From Escherichia coli (GTDB lineage Bacteria; Pseudomonadota; Gammaproteobacteria; Enterobacterales; Enterobacteriaceae), in the NCBI RefSeq assembly GCF_003334355.1, contig NZ_QOWP01000009.1: a stretch of DNA of 64,000 nt; one strand, given 5' to 3'. Under the pieces are notes generated by a model. It had not been told where the DNA came from. It did no database searches and worked only from the letters and a program-made list of their open reading frames with translations. Positions within the stretch are counted from its first letter, which is position 1. Every line of letters begins with the position of its first letter. The translations under genes and the position numbers were made by a program. Below are positions 22,567 to 36,359 of this stretch, piece by piece.

Positions 22567-22983
22567 ATGGAAAGAATAATGCAAAACAGAAAATGGATTT
22601 TGACCTCGCTGGTAATGACTTTTTTCGGCATCCCCATTCTGGCGCAGTTTTTGGCGGCGGTTATTGCCATGCTGGGTGTCGGACTTGCCGGTATTATTGA
22701 AGTTTGTAATATCTTTATCACGCCAACAATTTACCTTCTGCTCAACGTCTTTATGCTGACGCTGGGGGCGATAATAATATTTTTCTCTGGTCGCGTGTGG
22801 GCCGGTGATAGCGCGCCAGAAAACAGAGAAATAGCCGTCTGGCGGCAATGCTTTTTTCTCTTACCCGCGCTATTAACCCTGGTTGGCTGGATAATCACGC
22901 TACATCTGGCAGATTATCAATTTCGCCAGATGGGAGCTGGTTGGTTGGCAAACCTTATGCTTCCCTGGTTGGCGTTTTTTTAG
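22567..22983 (+). CDS. hypothetical small polytopic membrane protein (138 aa, about 4 predicted TM segments)
   Basis: ORF track; strongly hydrophobic helices (ILTSLVMTFFGIPILAQFLAAVIAMLGVGLAGII...); ends at TAG 22981-22983; not recognised as a named family. Confidence 0.5.
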   Translation: MERIMQNRKWILTSLVMTFFGIPILAQFLAAVIAMLGVGLAGIIEVCNIFITPTIYLLLNVFMLTLGAIIIFFSGRVWAGDSAPENREIAVWRQCFFLLPALLTLVGWIITLHLADYQFRQMGAGWLANLMLPWLAFF

Positions 22984-23012
22984 TCTCATTAGTGGGTGGT
23001 GAGTACTGGTGG

Positions 23013-24083
23013 ATGGTCATTATTCCCGTTGGGGCGCATATCAGTTTTTCGCTGGGATACGCCTGGCCGACCAGATATCCTTTATCCGGCACGTCCGGAC
23101 TACGTTGCCGTAACTTACTCCTGTTTCTACTTCTCTTACTTGGTATTGTCGCCGGGTATCAGGCCCATTTATATAAGCAGCAAAATCCTGGTGTCGGTGT
23201 ACGCGAAAATATTGATATCTGGGCCTGGCGACCCGATAAACTCAATAATCGACTGACGCCGCTGCGTGGCAAACCGCAAATTCAGTTTAGGCAAAACTGG
23301 CCGCGAATCGATGGCGCCACGGCTGCGTACCCAATTTATGCTTCTGCATTTTATGCATTAAGTGTAATACCAGAGGATTTTCACGTTTGGGATTATCTGG
23401 AAAACTCTCGTACGCCAGAAGCATATAACAAAATCGTTAAGGGCGATGCTGATATTATTTTCGTGGCGCAACCTTCCGGTGGGCAAAAAAAACGTGCAAA
23501 GGAATCTGGTGTCACTTTGCTGTACACCCCCTTTGCCCGTGAAGCATTCGTTTTCATCGTCAATGCGGATAATCCGGTTAATTCCCTGACTGAACAACAG
23601 GTGCGTGACATTTTCAGTGGTGCAATTACCAATTGGCGTGCTGTTGGCGGTAACGATCAGGAGATCCAGACCTGGCAGCGCCCGGAAGACTCTGGCAGCC
23701 AGACAGTGATGCAATCACAGGTCATGAAAAATGTCCGCATGATCTCGCCGCAGGAAACGAAAGTGGCAAGCGTGATGGAGGGAATGATTAAAGTCGTTGC
23801 CGAATACCGTAATACAAACAACGCAATAGGCTATACCTTCCGCTATTACGCGACGCAAATGAATGCTGATAAAAATATAAAATTGCTAGCGATTAACGGT
23901 ATTACACCGACGGCGGAAAACATTCGCAACGGCAAATATGCGTACATCGTCGATGCATTTATGGTGACGAGAGAAAATACAACGTCAGAAACACAAAAAC
24001 TGGTCGAATGGTTTTTAACGCCGCAGGGGCAGAGTCTGGTAGAAGATGTGGGATATGTGCCGCTGTATCCAACAATGGAATAA
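23013..24083 (+). CDS. PstS-family (phosphate-binding-protein-like, PBP_like_2) periplasmic binding protein with N-terminal hydrophobic anchor; start uncertain (ATG 23013 or GTG 22992)
   Basis: ORF track 22848..24083 (its first ~48 codons overlap the upstream membrane ORF out of frame and are discounted). Motifs DGATAAYPIYASAFYAL, RPEDSGSQ, AIGYTFRYYA, LLAINGITPTAENIRNG parallel PstS GAGATFPAPVY / RADGSGTS / AIGYVEYAYA / PTEENF. Confidence 0.7.
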   Translation: MVIIPVGAHISFSLGYAWPTRYPLSGTSGLRCRNLLLFLLLLLGIVAGYQAHLYKQQNPGVGVRENIDIWAWRPDKLNNRLTPLRGKPQIQFRQNWPRIDGATAAYPIYASAFYALSVIPEDFHVWDYLENSRTPEAYNKIVKGDADIIFVAQPSGGQKKRAKESGVTLLYTPFAREAFVFIVNADNPVNSLTEQQVRDIFSGAITNWRAVGGNDQEIQTWQRPEDSGSQTVMQSQVMKNVRMISPQETKVASVMEGMIKVVAEYRNTNNAIGYTFRYYATQMNADKNIKLLAINGITPTAENIRNGKYAYIVDAFMVTRENTTSETQKLVEWFLTPQGQSLVEDVGYVPLYPTME

Positions 24084-24108
24084 CGCTCGAGAGAAAGGAA
24101 TCAGCGAG

Positions 24109-25101
24109 ATGAATAAATTCACCGGTGTTTTACTATTAGGCACGGCGTTACTGGCGGGATGTGTCGACCGGGAAGGGTACTATAACAGCGTTAGGGAAGA
24201 AGAGAGCCATGGACTGACGTCTCTGCGGGGGCAACCTGCATTACGTTACAGCGATGATTGGTCAAGATGGCCGAGAGTGTACGGCGCTACAGCCTTATAC
24301 CCGCTGTATGCCTCCGCGTATTATAAATTAGTACCCGAGCCAAAAGATAAGGATCGAACCTCGCTGGCCTGGCAGGCGTATGGTTTGCAGCAAACCCGAA
24401 CAGCTGAAGCCTACGATAGTCTGATTAAAGGTTCCGCGACGGTTATTTTTGTTGCACAACCGTCGGAAGGACAGAAAAAACGTGCAGAAGAAGCGGGTGT
24501 TAAACTGAAATATACCGCTTTCGCCCGCGAAGCCTTTGTCTTTATCGTTGATATTAATAACCCGGTAAATTCTCTCTCTGAGCACCAGGTTAAAGATATT
24601 TTTAGCGGCAAAACTAGCCGCTGGAATAAAGTAGGTGGTAGTGACGAACATATAAAAGTCTGGCAGCGCCCTGAAGATTCTGGAAGCCAAACGATTATGA
24701 AGGGGTTGGTTATGCAAGACACCCCAATGCTGCCAGCTAAAAAATCCACTGTGATTGATCTTATGGGCGGTTTAATTACTGAAGTTGCCGACTATCAAAA
24801 CACGCCATCTTCCATTGGGTACACCTTCCACTATTACGTCACTCGTATGAATGACAATATGCTCAAAATGCGCAAGCAGATTAAACTTTTGGCTATAAAT
24901 GGCGTTGCGCCTACCGAGGAAAATATCCGCAACGGCACTTATCCATACATTGTGGATGCCTATATGGTGACGCGTGAAAATCCCACGCCGGAAACGCAGA
25001 AATTTGTTGACTGGTTTATAAGTCAGCAGGGGCAACAGTTGGTAGAGGATGTGGGGTATGTGCCGCTGTATGAAGCATCCCCCGAATCATCAGGACAATA
25101 A
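24109..25101 (+). CDS. PstS-family binding-protein paralog, predicted lipoprotein (330 aa)
   Basis: ORF track 24046..25101; ATG at 24109 gives MNKFTGVLLLGTALLAGC (lipobox LAGC); roughly 60% identical by eye to the upstream paralog across the mature domain. Confidence 0.75.
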   Translation: MNKFTGVLLLGTALLAGCVDREGYYNSVREEESHGLTSLRGQPALRYSDDWSRWPRVYGATALYPLYASAYYKLVPEPKDKDRTSLAWQAYGLQQTRTAEAYDSLIKGSATVIFVAQPSEGQKKRAEEAGVKLKYTAFAREAFVFIVDINNPVNSLSEHQVKDIFSGKTSRWNKVGGSDEHIKVWQRPEDSGSQTIMKGLVMQDTPMLPAKKSTVIDLMGGLITEVADYQNTPSSIGYTFHYYVTRMNDNMLKMRKQIKLLAINGVAPTEENIRNGTYPYIVDAYMVTRENPTPETQKFVDWFISQQGQQLVEDVGYVPLYEASPESSGQ

Positions 25102-25388
25102 TGATGAATATAATCAGACTTTATATTTATCCGTTATTTCTCGGCTTTGTTATTGTGCCGTTGTTGGTGTGGCCGATGGTGGTTGCGCTGGCTGCTTGTA
25201 TTATCACGCTGAGTTTTCTGGGGGAAATGCTGTTCTCAATCCCGCTCATGATCAGGCGTATTTCACTTCTGCAATTACAACTTTGGTTATCGGCTGAATA
25301 TGCGCTTTTCTTCTGTGTAATGTGTTGCGTTGGTTGGCAATTTACTCGTAGAACTCAATCTGAATTGAAAAGCAGGCTCCATTGTTGA
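25101..25388 (+). CDS. hypothetical small membrane protein (95 aa); may be the N-terminal part of a gene interrupted by an in-frame stop
   Basis: ORF track; ATG overlaps the stop of the preceding gene (TAATG); hydrophobic helices. Confidence 0.4.
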   Translation: MMNIIRLYIYPLFLGFVIVPLLVWPMVVALAACIITLSFLGEMLFSIPLMIRRISLLQLQLWLSAEYALFFCVMCCVGWQFTRRTQSELKSRLHC

Positions 25389-25703
25389 TTGGTATTCGCA
25401 CCGATCTATTTATGGTTGATCCTCTGGAATATCATTTTTTACATCGCGCCAGCGAAAATTGCGTTGCTGGAAAGTATCCGCAATTTCTTTCTGCTTGTTG
25501 TCTGGCTACCCCTGAATTTTTCGCCATTTTGGCCTCAGCCGTGGACGGATTTTATCGGTCCAATAAGCGCACAGCTTGGTTTTGCGTTGGGATATTATTG
25601 CCAGTGGTGCAGCAAAAATAGATGCCAGATACGGAAGTTGAGTGAGTGGGGAACGTGCTTAAGTTTTGTTACGTTGGGTATGATGGCGTGGGCTTTGCGG
25701 TAA
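25389..25703 (+). CDS. hypothetical small membrane protein (104 aa); same frame as 25101..25388, separated from it by a single stop codon
   Basis: ORF track; both ORFs are in frame 0 and contiguous, so one stop codon splits a roughly 199-codon membrane-protein reading frame. Confidence 0.4.
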   Translation: MVFAPIYLWLILWNIIFYIAPAKIALLESIRNFFLLVVWLPLNFSPFWPQPWTDFIGPISAQLGFALGYYCQWCSKNRCQIRKLSEWGTCLSFVTLGMMAWALR

Positions 25704-25754
25704 TTCCCTGAATCAAAAAGTAGGTCAGATTGTTGACAACGTGGCGCTTTGTTC

Positions 25755-25860
25755 ATGCCTGATGCGGCGCGAACGCCTTATCAGGCCTACAAAATCATGC
25801 AAATTCAATATATTGTATAAACAACGTAGGCCAGATAAGCGTAGCGCATCTGGCAGTTTT
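25755..25860. repeat. REP/BIME-type palindromic units (GCCTGATGCGGCGCGAACGCCTTATCAGGCCTAC; GTAGGCCAGATAAGCGTAGCGCATCTGGC)
   Basis: Typical enterobacterial REP sequences read from the intergenic region downstream of convergent genes; coordinates approximate. Confidence 0.6.
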
Positions 25861-25918
25861 TTGGTTTGTCATCAGTCTCAGGTCAGATTGAAATCTGACC
25901 TGGCCACCTTACATTAAA

Positions 25919-27424
25919 TCACGACGCCAGCGACAGCTTCTGCTGCGTATACTCCACCAGCCACTGACTCACACGAGATTGTTGATCCGCATTTAGCCAC
26001 ATGCCTTGTTTTGTGCGACGCCACAGGGCGTCGTCGGCGCGGCGGACCCATTCGTGATCCACCAGGTATTTCAGCTCCGCTTCGTAGAACTCATGACCGA
26101 AATCTTCCCCGAGATCGCTTACCGTTCCCGCATTGCCGAGCAGCAGCTCGCTGTTGCTGCCGTAAGTGCGAGCGTAATGACGCGCCAGCGATTCAGTCAG
26201 GAACGGATAGCGGCGGCGCAGGCGAGCGGCATAATCGTCGCGGTCGCCTTCAATGGCGCCACCCGGTAGCACACTCTCTTTCGTCCATGCCGGGCCAATA
26301 CCCTGATAATACGGCGTTAGTTTTTCCAGCGCATGTTCCGCCAGTTTTCGGTAGGTGGTCAGCTTACCGCCGAATACCGACAGCAGCGGTGCTTTGCCAT
26401 TTTCATCATGAATATCAAGGGTGTAATCACGGGTAATAGCCTGCGGCGAGTCGGACTCATCATCACACAGCGGACGCACACCGGAGTAGGTCCAGACGAT
26501 ATCGTCACGGCTTAACTGCTTTTTAAAGTGCGTGTTATACACATTCAGCAGGTAATTGATTTCACTCTCTTCAATCTTCACCGCTTTCGGATCGCCTTTG
26601 TACTCGACATCGGTAGTGCCGATGATGGAAAACTCGTCCATCCACGGGATCACGAACACAATACGTTTATCTTCGTTTTGCAGAATGTAGGCTTGCTTCT
26701 GGGTATGCACGCGCGGCACCACAATATGGCTGCCTTTGATCAGGCGAATGCCATAAGGCGAAGGCAGATGCATCCCGTCGTCGAAGAACTGTTTCACCCA
26801 CGGGCCGGTGGCGTTAACCAAGCCGCGCGCTTGCCAGCTATATTTTTTGCCGGTATCGATATCTTCCGCTTCCACAATCCACAGGCCGTTTTCGCGGCGA
26901 GCAGAGGTGGCGCGAGTCCGAGTAAGCACTTCGCCGCCTTTACGCACCACCATCTGGGCGTTGGCGAGTACCAGACGGGCGTCGTCTACCCAACAGTCAG
27001 AATATTCGAATCCGCGCTTAATTTCCGGTTTTAACACTGAATTTGCGCCAAAACGCAAACCAGTTGATCCCGGCAAGCTGGTGCGTTTACCCAGATGATC
27101 GTACATAAACAGACCAATGCGAATCATCCACGCCGGGCGCAGATGCGGACGATGTGGCAGGCGAAAACGCATCGGGAAGGCGATATGCGGGGCCATTTTC
27201 AGCAGCACTTCACGTTCAGCCAGCGCCTCGCTGACCAGGCGGAATTCATAGTGCTCAAGGTAGCGCAGGCCACCGTGAATGAGTTTTGAACTGGCGGAAG
27301 AGGTCGCGCAAGCGAGATCCTGCGCCTCCAGCATCAGCACGGATAAACCGCGTCCAGCGGCGTCTGCCGCGATACCAGCACCATTGATGCCGCCCCCTAT
27401 CACAATCAGATCTTTGGTTTCCAT
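25919..27424 (-). CDS. glpD: aerobic sn-glycerol-3-phosphate dehydrogenase (501 aa)
   Basis: ORF track 25919..27439; ATG at 27424 gives METKDLIVIGGGINGAGIAADAAGRGLSV (FAD-binding fold). Confidence 0.97.
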   Translation of the reverse strand: METKDLIVIGGGINGAGIAADAAGRGLSVLMLEAQDLACATSSASSKLIHGGLRYLEHYEFRLVSEALAEREVLLKMAPHIAFPMRFRLPHRPHLRPAWMIRIGLFMYDHLGKRTSLPGSTGLRFGANSVLKPEIKRGFEYSDCWVDDARLVLANAQMVVRKGGEVLTRTRATSARRENGLWIVEAEDIDTGKKYSWQARGLVNATGPWVKQFFDDGMHLPSPYGIRLIKGSHIVVPRVHTQKQAYILQNEDKRIVFVIPWMDEFSIIGTTDVEYKGDPKAVKIEESEINYLLNVYNTHFKKQLSRDDIVWTYSGVRPLCDDESDSPQAITRDYTLDIHDENGKAPLLSVFGGKLTTYRKLAEHALEKLTPYYQGIGPAWTKESVLPGGAIEGDRDDYAARLRRRYPFLTESLARHYARTYGSNSELLLGNAGTVSDLGEDFGHEFYEAELKYLVDHEWVRRADDALWRRTKQGMWLNADQQSRVSQWLVEYTQQKLSLAS

Positions 27425-27535
27425 GCTGCCCTCATTCACTTTCGTTAAAGCTCATAAATGTTCGTTATCGAACATATTAGCAAAGAATCGCGCTTTAGGT
27501 AACATTGAAAAAACATTTTAGAGTGATATGTATAA

Positions 27536-27940
<405 letters not shown>

Positions 27941-27972
27941 CGCTTTATACTGTCCCCTTTTGTGTGGAATAA

Positions 27973-28815
<843 letters not shown>

Positions 28816-28831
28816 TTCCAGGGATTTATAA

Positions 28832-29590
28832 ATGAAACAAACACAACGTCACAACGGTATTATCGAACTGGTTAAACAGCAGGGTTATGTCAGTACCGAA
28901 GAGCTGGTAGAGCATTTCTCCGTCAGCCCGCAGACTATTCGCCGCGACCTCAATGAGCTGGCGGAGCAAAACCTGATCCTGCGCCATCATGGCGGTGCGG
29001 CGCTGCCTTCCAGTTCGGTTAACACGCCGTGGCACGATCGCAAGGCCACCCAGACCGAAGAAAAAGAGCGCATCGCCCGCAAAGTGGCGGAGCAAATCCC
29101 CAATGGCTCGACGCTGTTTATCGATATCGGCACCACGCCGGAAGCGGTAGCGCACGCACTGCTCAATCACAGCAATTTGCGCATTGTCACCAACAATCTC
29201 AACGTTGCTAACACGTTGATGGTAAAAGAAGATTTTCGCATCATTCTCGCCGGTGGCGAATTACGCAGCCGCGATGGCGGGATCATTGGCGAAGCGACGC
29301 TCGATTTTATCTCCCAGTTCCGCCTTGATTTCGGCATTCTGGGGATAAGCGGCATCGATAGCGACGGCTCGCTGCTGGAGTTCGATTACCACGAAGTTCG
29401 CACCAAACGCGCCATTATTGAGAACTCGCGCCACGTTATGCTGGTTGTCGATCACTCGAAATTTGGCCGTAACGCGATGGTCAATATGGGCAGCATCAGC
29501 ATGGTAGATGCCGTCTACACCGACGCCCAGCCGCCAGTAAGCGTGATGCAGGTGCTGACGGACCACCATATTCAACTGGAGCTGTGCTGA
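28832..29590 (+). CDS. glpR: glycerol-3-phosphate regulon repressor (DeoR family, 252 aa)
   Basis: ORF track; DeoR-type HTH; synteny. Confidence 0.97.
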   Translation: MKQTQRHNGIIELVKQQGYVSTEELVEHFSVSPQTIRRDLNELAEQNLILRHHGGAALPSSSVNTPWHDRKATQTEEKERIARKVAEQIPNGSTLFIDIGTTPEAVAHALLNHSNLRIVTNNLNVANTLMVKEDFRIILAGGELRSRDGGIIGEATLDFISQFRLDFGILGISGIDSDGSLLEFDYHEVRTKRAIIENSRHVMLVVDHSKFGRNAMVNMGSISMVDAVYTDAQPPVSVMQVLTDHHIQLELC

Positions 29591-31170
29591 TCCTGCAATG
29601 CTTCCCAGGTCAGACCAAAACGCGCCAGGTATTTGCGTAGCCGATCCGCGTCATTGACGCTGGCTTTGCCCTGGCGCGAAACATCAAAAAGCTGTCGTCC
29701 GGCAGCAGAAAGCGACTTTGCCTGGCGGCAGATAGCGATAACGTGTTCCAGTTGCATACGGTCGAAGAGATCGATGTTTTCTGCCTCTGCGCCCAGCAGT
29801 TGCGTAAGCGCGGAGGGACGGCTCTCCTGCCAGTTATAGCGCAGACGGTTTATCTCATCTTCAACCACGTCCAGAGTGATGCGTCCGCTAGTGGCAAAGG
29901 TTGCCATCCGCGTGACGCTGGCAGAAAGCTCGCGAAAGTTACCGCGCCATGTCGCCTGAGGAGATGTTGCAAAGGCCAGCCAGGCACGCCGCGCTTCGGT
30001 GTTAAAACGCACGCTGTCGCCGGTGAGTGAGGCGTGGCGCTCCACTTCATAATCCAGGTTAGGTTCAATATCTTCCTGGCGCTGGCGTAGCCCCGGCAGG
30101 GTGAAGGTCCAGAGATTGATCCGCGCGTACAGATCTTCGCGGAATTTGCCTTCGGCAACCAGCTGGCGCAAATCGCGCACCGTTCCGGCGATAAGCTGAA
30201 AATCACTGCTCACCTGGCGATCGCTGCCAAACGGGTAAAAGGTTTTCTCTTCAATGGCTTTTAGCAGCATTGCTTGTTCGTCTGCGCCCAGTTCGCCAAT
30301 CTCATCAAGAAACAACATTCCGCCGTTGGCGCTGCGTAATAAACCTTCACGAGATTCCCGCGCCCCGGTAAACGCGCCTTTTACATGACCAAACAGCGTC
30401 GACATGGCGGTATCGCCGCGCAGGGTGGCGCAGTTCACTTCCACAAACGCGCCGCTAAACTGACGCCGCGCCTGTTTTAACTCGAAGATGCGTCGCGCCA
30501 GAAATGACTTGCCCGCGCCGGTTGGACCGTTAAGCAGAATCGGCGCGCGGGATTTGATCGCCACTTTTTCGATCTGCTCAATCATGCGGTTGAAGTGGGG
30601 GTTACGCGTGGCAATGCCGGACTTAAGAAAATCAAGCGTTTGCTGGCGTTCCTCGGCAAAGCGGCTGGCGATGGCGTTATAACGGCTTAAATCGAGATCG
30701 ATAATCGTCACTTCACCTGCGCCGCGCGGCTGTTCTTTTTTGCGCGGAGGTGAAGATTGTATCAGCCGGGCGGGCAGGTAACGCGCTTCCGCCAGCAGAA
30801 ACCAGCAAATCTGCGCGACGTGGGTGCCGGTGGTAATGTGAATTAAATAGTCTTCTTTTTCTGGCTGAAACTCGTAACCACGGGCGAAATCATGCAGGCA
30901 AGCGTAAACCTCTTCGAAATCCCACGGGTTATGCAGTTCAATCTCAACGCTCACCACTTCTGTTTCTGGCGAAACGCTGGCGATATCGCGTTTAAGCGTT
31001 TCAAATAGCGAGCGCGAGCGGGCGTCATGCAATAATTCCAGTCGATCGATGACCAACGATTCTTGCTGGCATAAACAGAGTGTCGGAAGCCATTTCGACC
31101 AGCGCTGACTGCCGCGCCCGGCATAATCCAGCACGGTACCGACAAAGCCAAAAGCCACTGTTTTACGCAT
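29572..31170 (-). CDS. rtcR: sigma-54-dependent transcriptional activator of rtcBA (532 aa)
   Basis: ORF track; AAA+ sigma-54 activator motifs ([14 protein letters not shown]); divergent from rtcB; 3' end overlaps glpR by 19 nt. Confidence 0.97.
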   Translation of the reverse strand: MRKTVAFGFVGTVLDYAGRGSQRWSKWLPTLCLCQQESLVIDRLELLHDARSRSLFETLKRDIASVSPETEVVSVEIELHNPWDFEEVYACLHDFARGYEFQPEKEDYLIHITTGTHVAQICWFLLAEARYLPARLIQSSPPRKKEQPRGAGEVTIIDLDLSRYNAIASRFAEERQQTLDFLKSGIATRNPHFNRMIEQIEKVAIKSRAPILLNGPTGAGKSFLARRIFELKQARRQFSGAFVEVNCATLRGDTAMSTLFGHVKGAFTGARESREGLLRSANGGMLFLDEIGELGADEQAMLLKAIEEKTFYPFGSDRQVSSDFQLIAGTVRDLRQLVAEGKFREDLYARINLWTFTLPGLRQRQEDIEPNLDYEVERHASLTGDSVRFNTEARRAWLAFATSPQATWRGNFRELSASVTRMATFATSGRITLDVVEDEINRLRYNWQESRPSALTQLLGAEAENIDLFDRMQLEHVIAICRQAKSLSAAGRQLFDVSRQGKASVNDADRLRKYLARFGLTWEALQDQHSSS

Positions 31171-31304
31171 CTTAGATATCCTTATAAAAGACGATATTTC
31201 ATTATCGGTGAATTGGTTTTGTGGAAAATCTCCGTTTACGGACGTAAAGATTTAACCTATTTAAAAACAATGAATTAAAAAATTAATCTGCTTATTTAAT
31301 TTTC

Positions 31305-31320
31305 TGGCACGACGGTTGCA
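31305..31320 (+). promoter_or_regulatory. sigma-54 (RpoN) promoter of rtcBA: TGGCAC-N5-TTGCA
   Basis: Exact match to the -24 GG / -12 GC consensus about 40 bp upstream of the rtcB start; consistent with adjacent RtcR. Confidence 0.75.
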
Positions 31321-31358
31321 ATTATCACGACAGCAAACAACGAAAAGAGAAAAACAAA

Positions 31359-32585
31359 ATGAATTACGAATTACTGACCACTGAAAATGCCCCGGTAAAA
31401 ATGTGGACCAAAGGCGTGCCGGTAGAAGCCGATGCGCGTCAGCAACTTATTAATACGGCGAAGATGCCGTTTATTTTCAAACACATTGCGGTAATGCCTG
31501 ATGTACACCTGGGTAAAGGTTCCACCATTGGTAGCGTGATCCCGACCAAAGGGGCGATTATTCCGGCGGCGGTGGGCGTGGATATTGGCTGTGGAATGAA
31601 CGCGCTGCGTACCGCGTTAACGGCGGCAGACCTGCCTGAAAACCTGGCAGAGCTGCGTCAGGCGATTGAAACGGCCGTGCCGCACGGGCGTACCACTGGC
31701 CGTTGTAAACGTGATAAAGGCGCATGGGAAAACCCGCCTGTTAACGTCGATGCGAAATGGGCTGAGCTTGAAGCCGGTTATCAGTGGTTAACGCAAAAAT
31801 ATCCCCGTTTCCTGAATACCAATAACTATAAACACCTGGGAACGCTGGGAACCGGTAACCACTTTATTGAAATCTGCCTTGATGAGTCGGAGCAGGTGTG
31901 GATTATGCTGCACTCCGGTTCACGCGGAATTGGTAACGCCATCGGGACTTACTTTATCGATCTGGCACAAAAAGAGATGCAGGAAACGCTTGAGACGTTG
32001 CCGTCGCGTGATCTGGCGTACTTTATGGAAAGTACGGAATACTTTGATGATTACCTGAAAGCCGTGGCCTGGGCGCAGCTTTTTGCCAGCCTTAACCGCG
32101 ATGCGATGATGGAAAACGTGGTAACGGCATTGCAGAGCATTACGCAGAAAACGGTCAGACAGCCACAAACGCTGGCGATGGAAGAGATCAACTGTCACCA
32201 CAACTATGTGCAAAAAGAACAGCACTTTGGTGAAGAGATCTACGTGACGCGTAAAGGCGCGGTGTCTGCGCGTGCTGGTCAATATGGAATTATTCCCGGT
32301 TCGATGGGAGCGAAAAGCTTTATCGTCCGTGGGTTGGGAAATGAAGAGTCGTTCTGTTCGTGCAGCCACGGTGCCGGGCGGGTAATGAGCCGTACTAAAG
32401 CGAAAAAACTGTTCAGCGTGGAAGATCAAATTCGTGCCACCGCGCATGTGGAATGCCGTAAAGATGCCGAAGTGATCGACGAAATCCCGATGGCGTATAA
32501 AGATATTGATGCGGTGATGGCGGCACAAAGCGATCTGGTGGAAGTTATCTACACCCTGCGTCAGGTGGTGTGCGTAAAAGGATAA
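31359..32585 (+). CDS. rtcB: RNA-splicing ligase RtcB (408 aa)
   Basis: ORF track; MNYELLTTENAPVKMWTKGVPVEADARQQL... Confidence 0.98.
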   Translation: MNYELLTTENAPVKMWTKGVPVEADARQQLINTAKMPFIFKHIAVMPDVHLGKGSTIGSVIPTKGAIIPAAVGVDIGCGMNALRTALTAADLPENLAELRQAIETAVPHGRTTGRCKRDKGAWENPPVNVDAKWAELEAGYQWLTQKYPRFLNTNNYKHLGTLGTGNHFIEICLDESEQVWIMLHSGSRGIGNAIGTYFIDLAQKEMQETLETLPSRDLAYFMESTEYFDDYLKAVAWAQLFASLNRDAMMENVVTALQSITQKTVRQPQTLAMEEINCHHNYVQKEQHFGEEIYVTRKGAVSARAGQYGIIPGSMGAKSFIVRGLGNEESFCSCSHGAGRVMSRTKAKKLFSVEDQIRATAHVECRKDAEVIDEIPMAYKDIDAVMAAQSDLVEVIYTLRQVVCVKG

Positions 32586-33605
<1,020 letters not shown>

Positions 33606-33618
33606 TGCAGAGATGTAA

Positions 33619-33642
33619 GCCGGATCTGGCGCGTTATCCGGC
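33619..33642. terminator. REP-like hairpin (GCCGGATCTGGCGCGTTATCCGGC) between convergent rtcA and malT; probable bidirectional terminator
   Basis: Inverted repeat read from the sequence; approximate coordinates. Confidence 0.45.
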
Positions 33643-33647
33643 TAAAC

Positions 33648-36359
<2,712 letters not shown>

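Noticed and set aside
22848-23012. N-terminal 55 codons of the ORF-track entry 22848..24083
   Set aside because: This part overlaps the 3' end of the membrane ORF 22567..22983 in another frame, and the other frame is the convincingly hydrophobic one. The binding-protein gene more likely starts at GTG 22992 or ATG 23013.
22996-23256. 86-aa plus-strand ORF downstream of the membrane ORF in the same frame
   Set aside because: It overlaps the PstS-like gene out of frame; its translation has no protein-like features, while the other frame carries the conserved binding-protein sequence.
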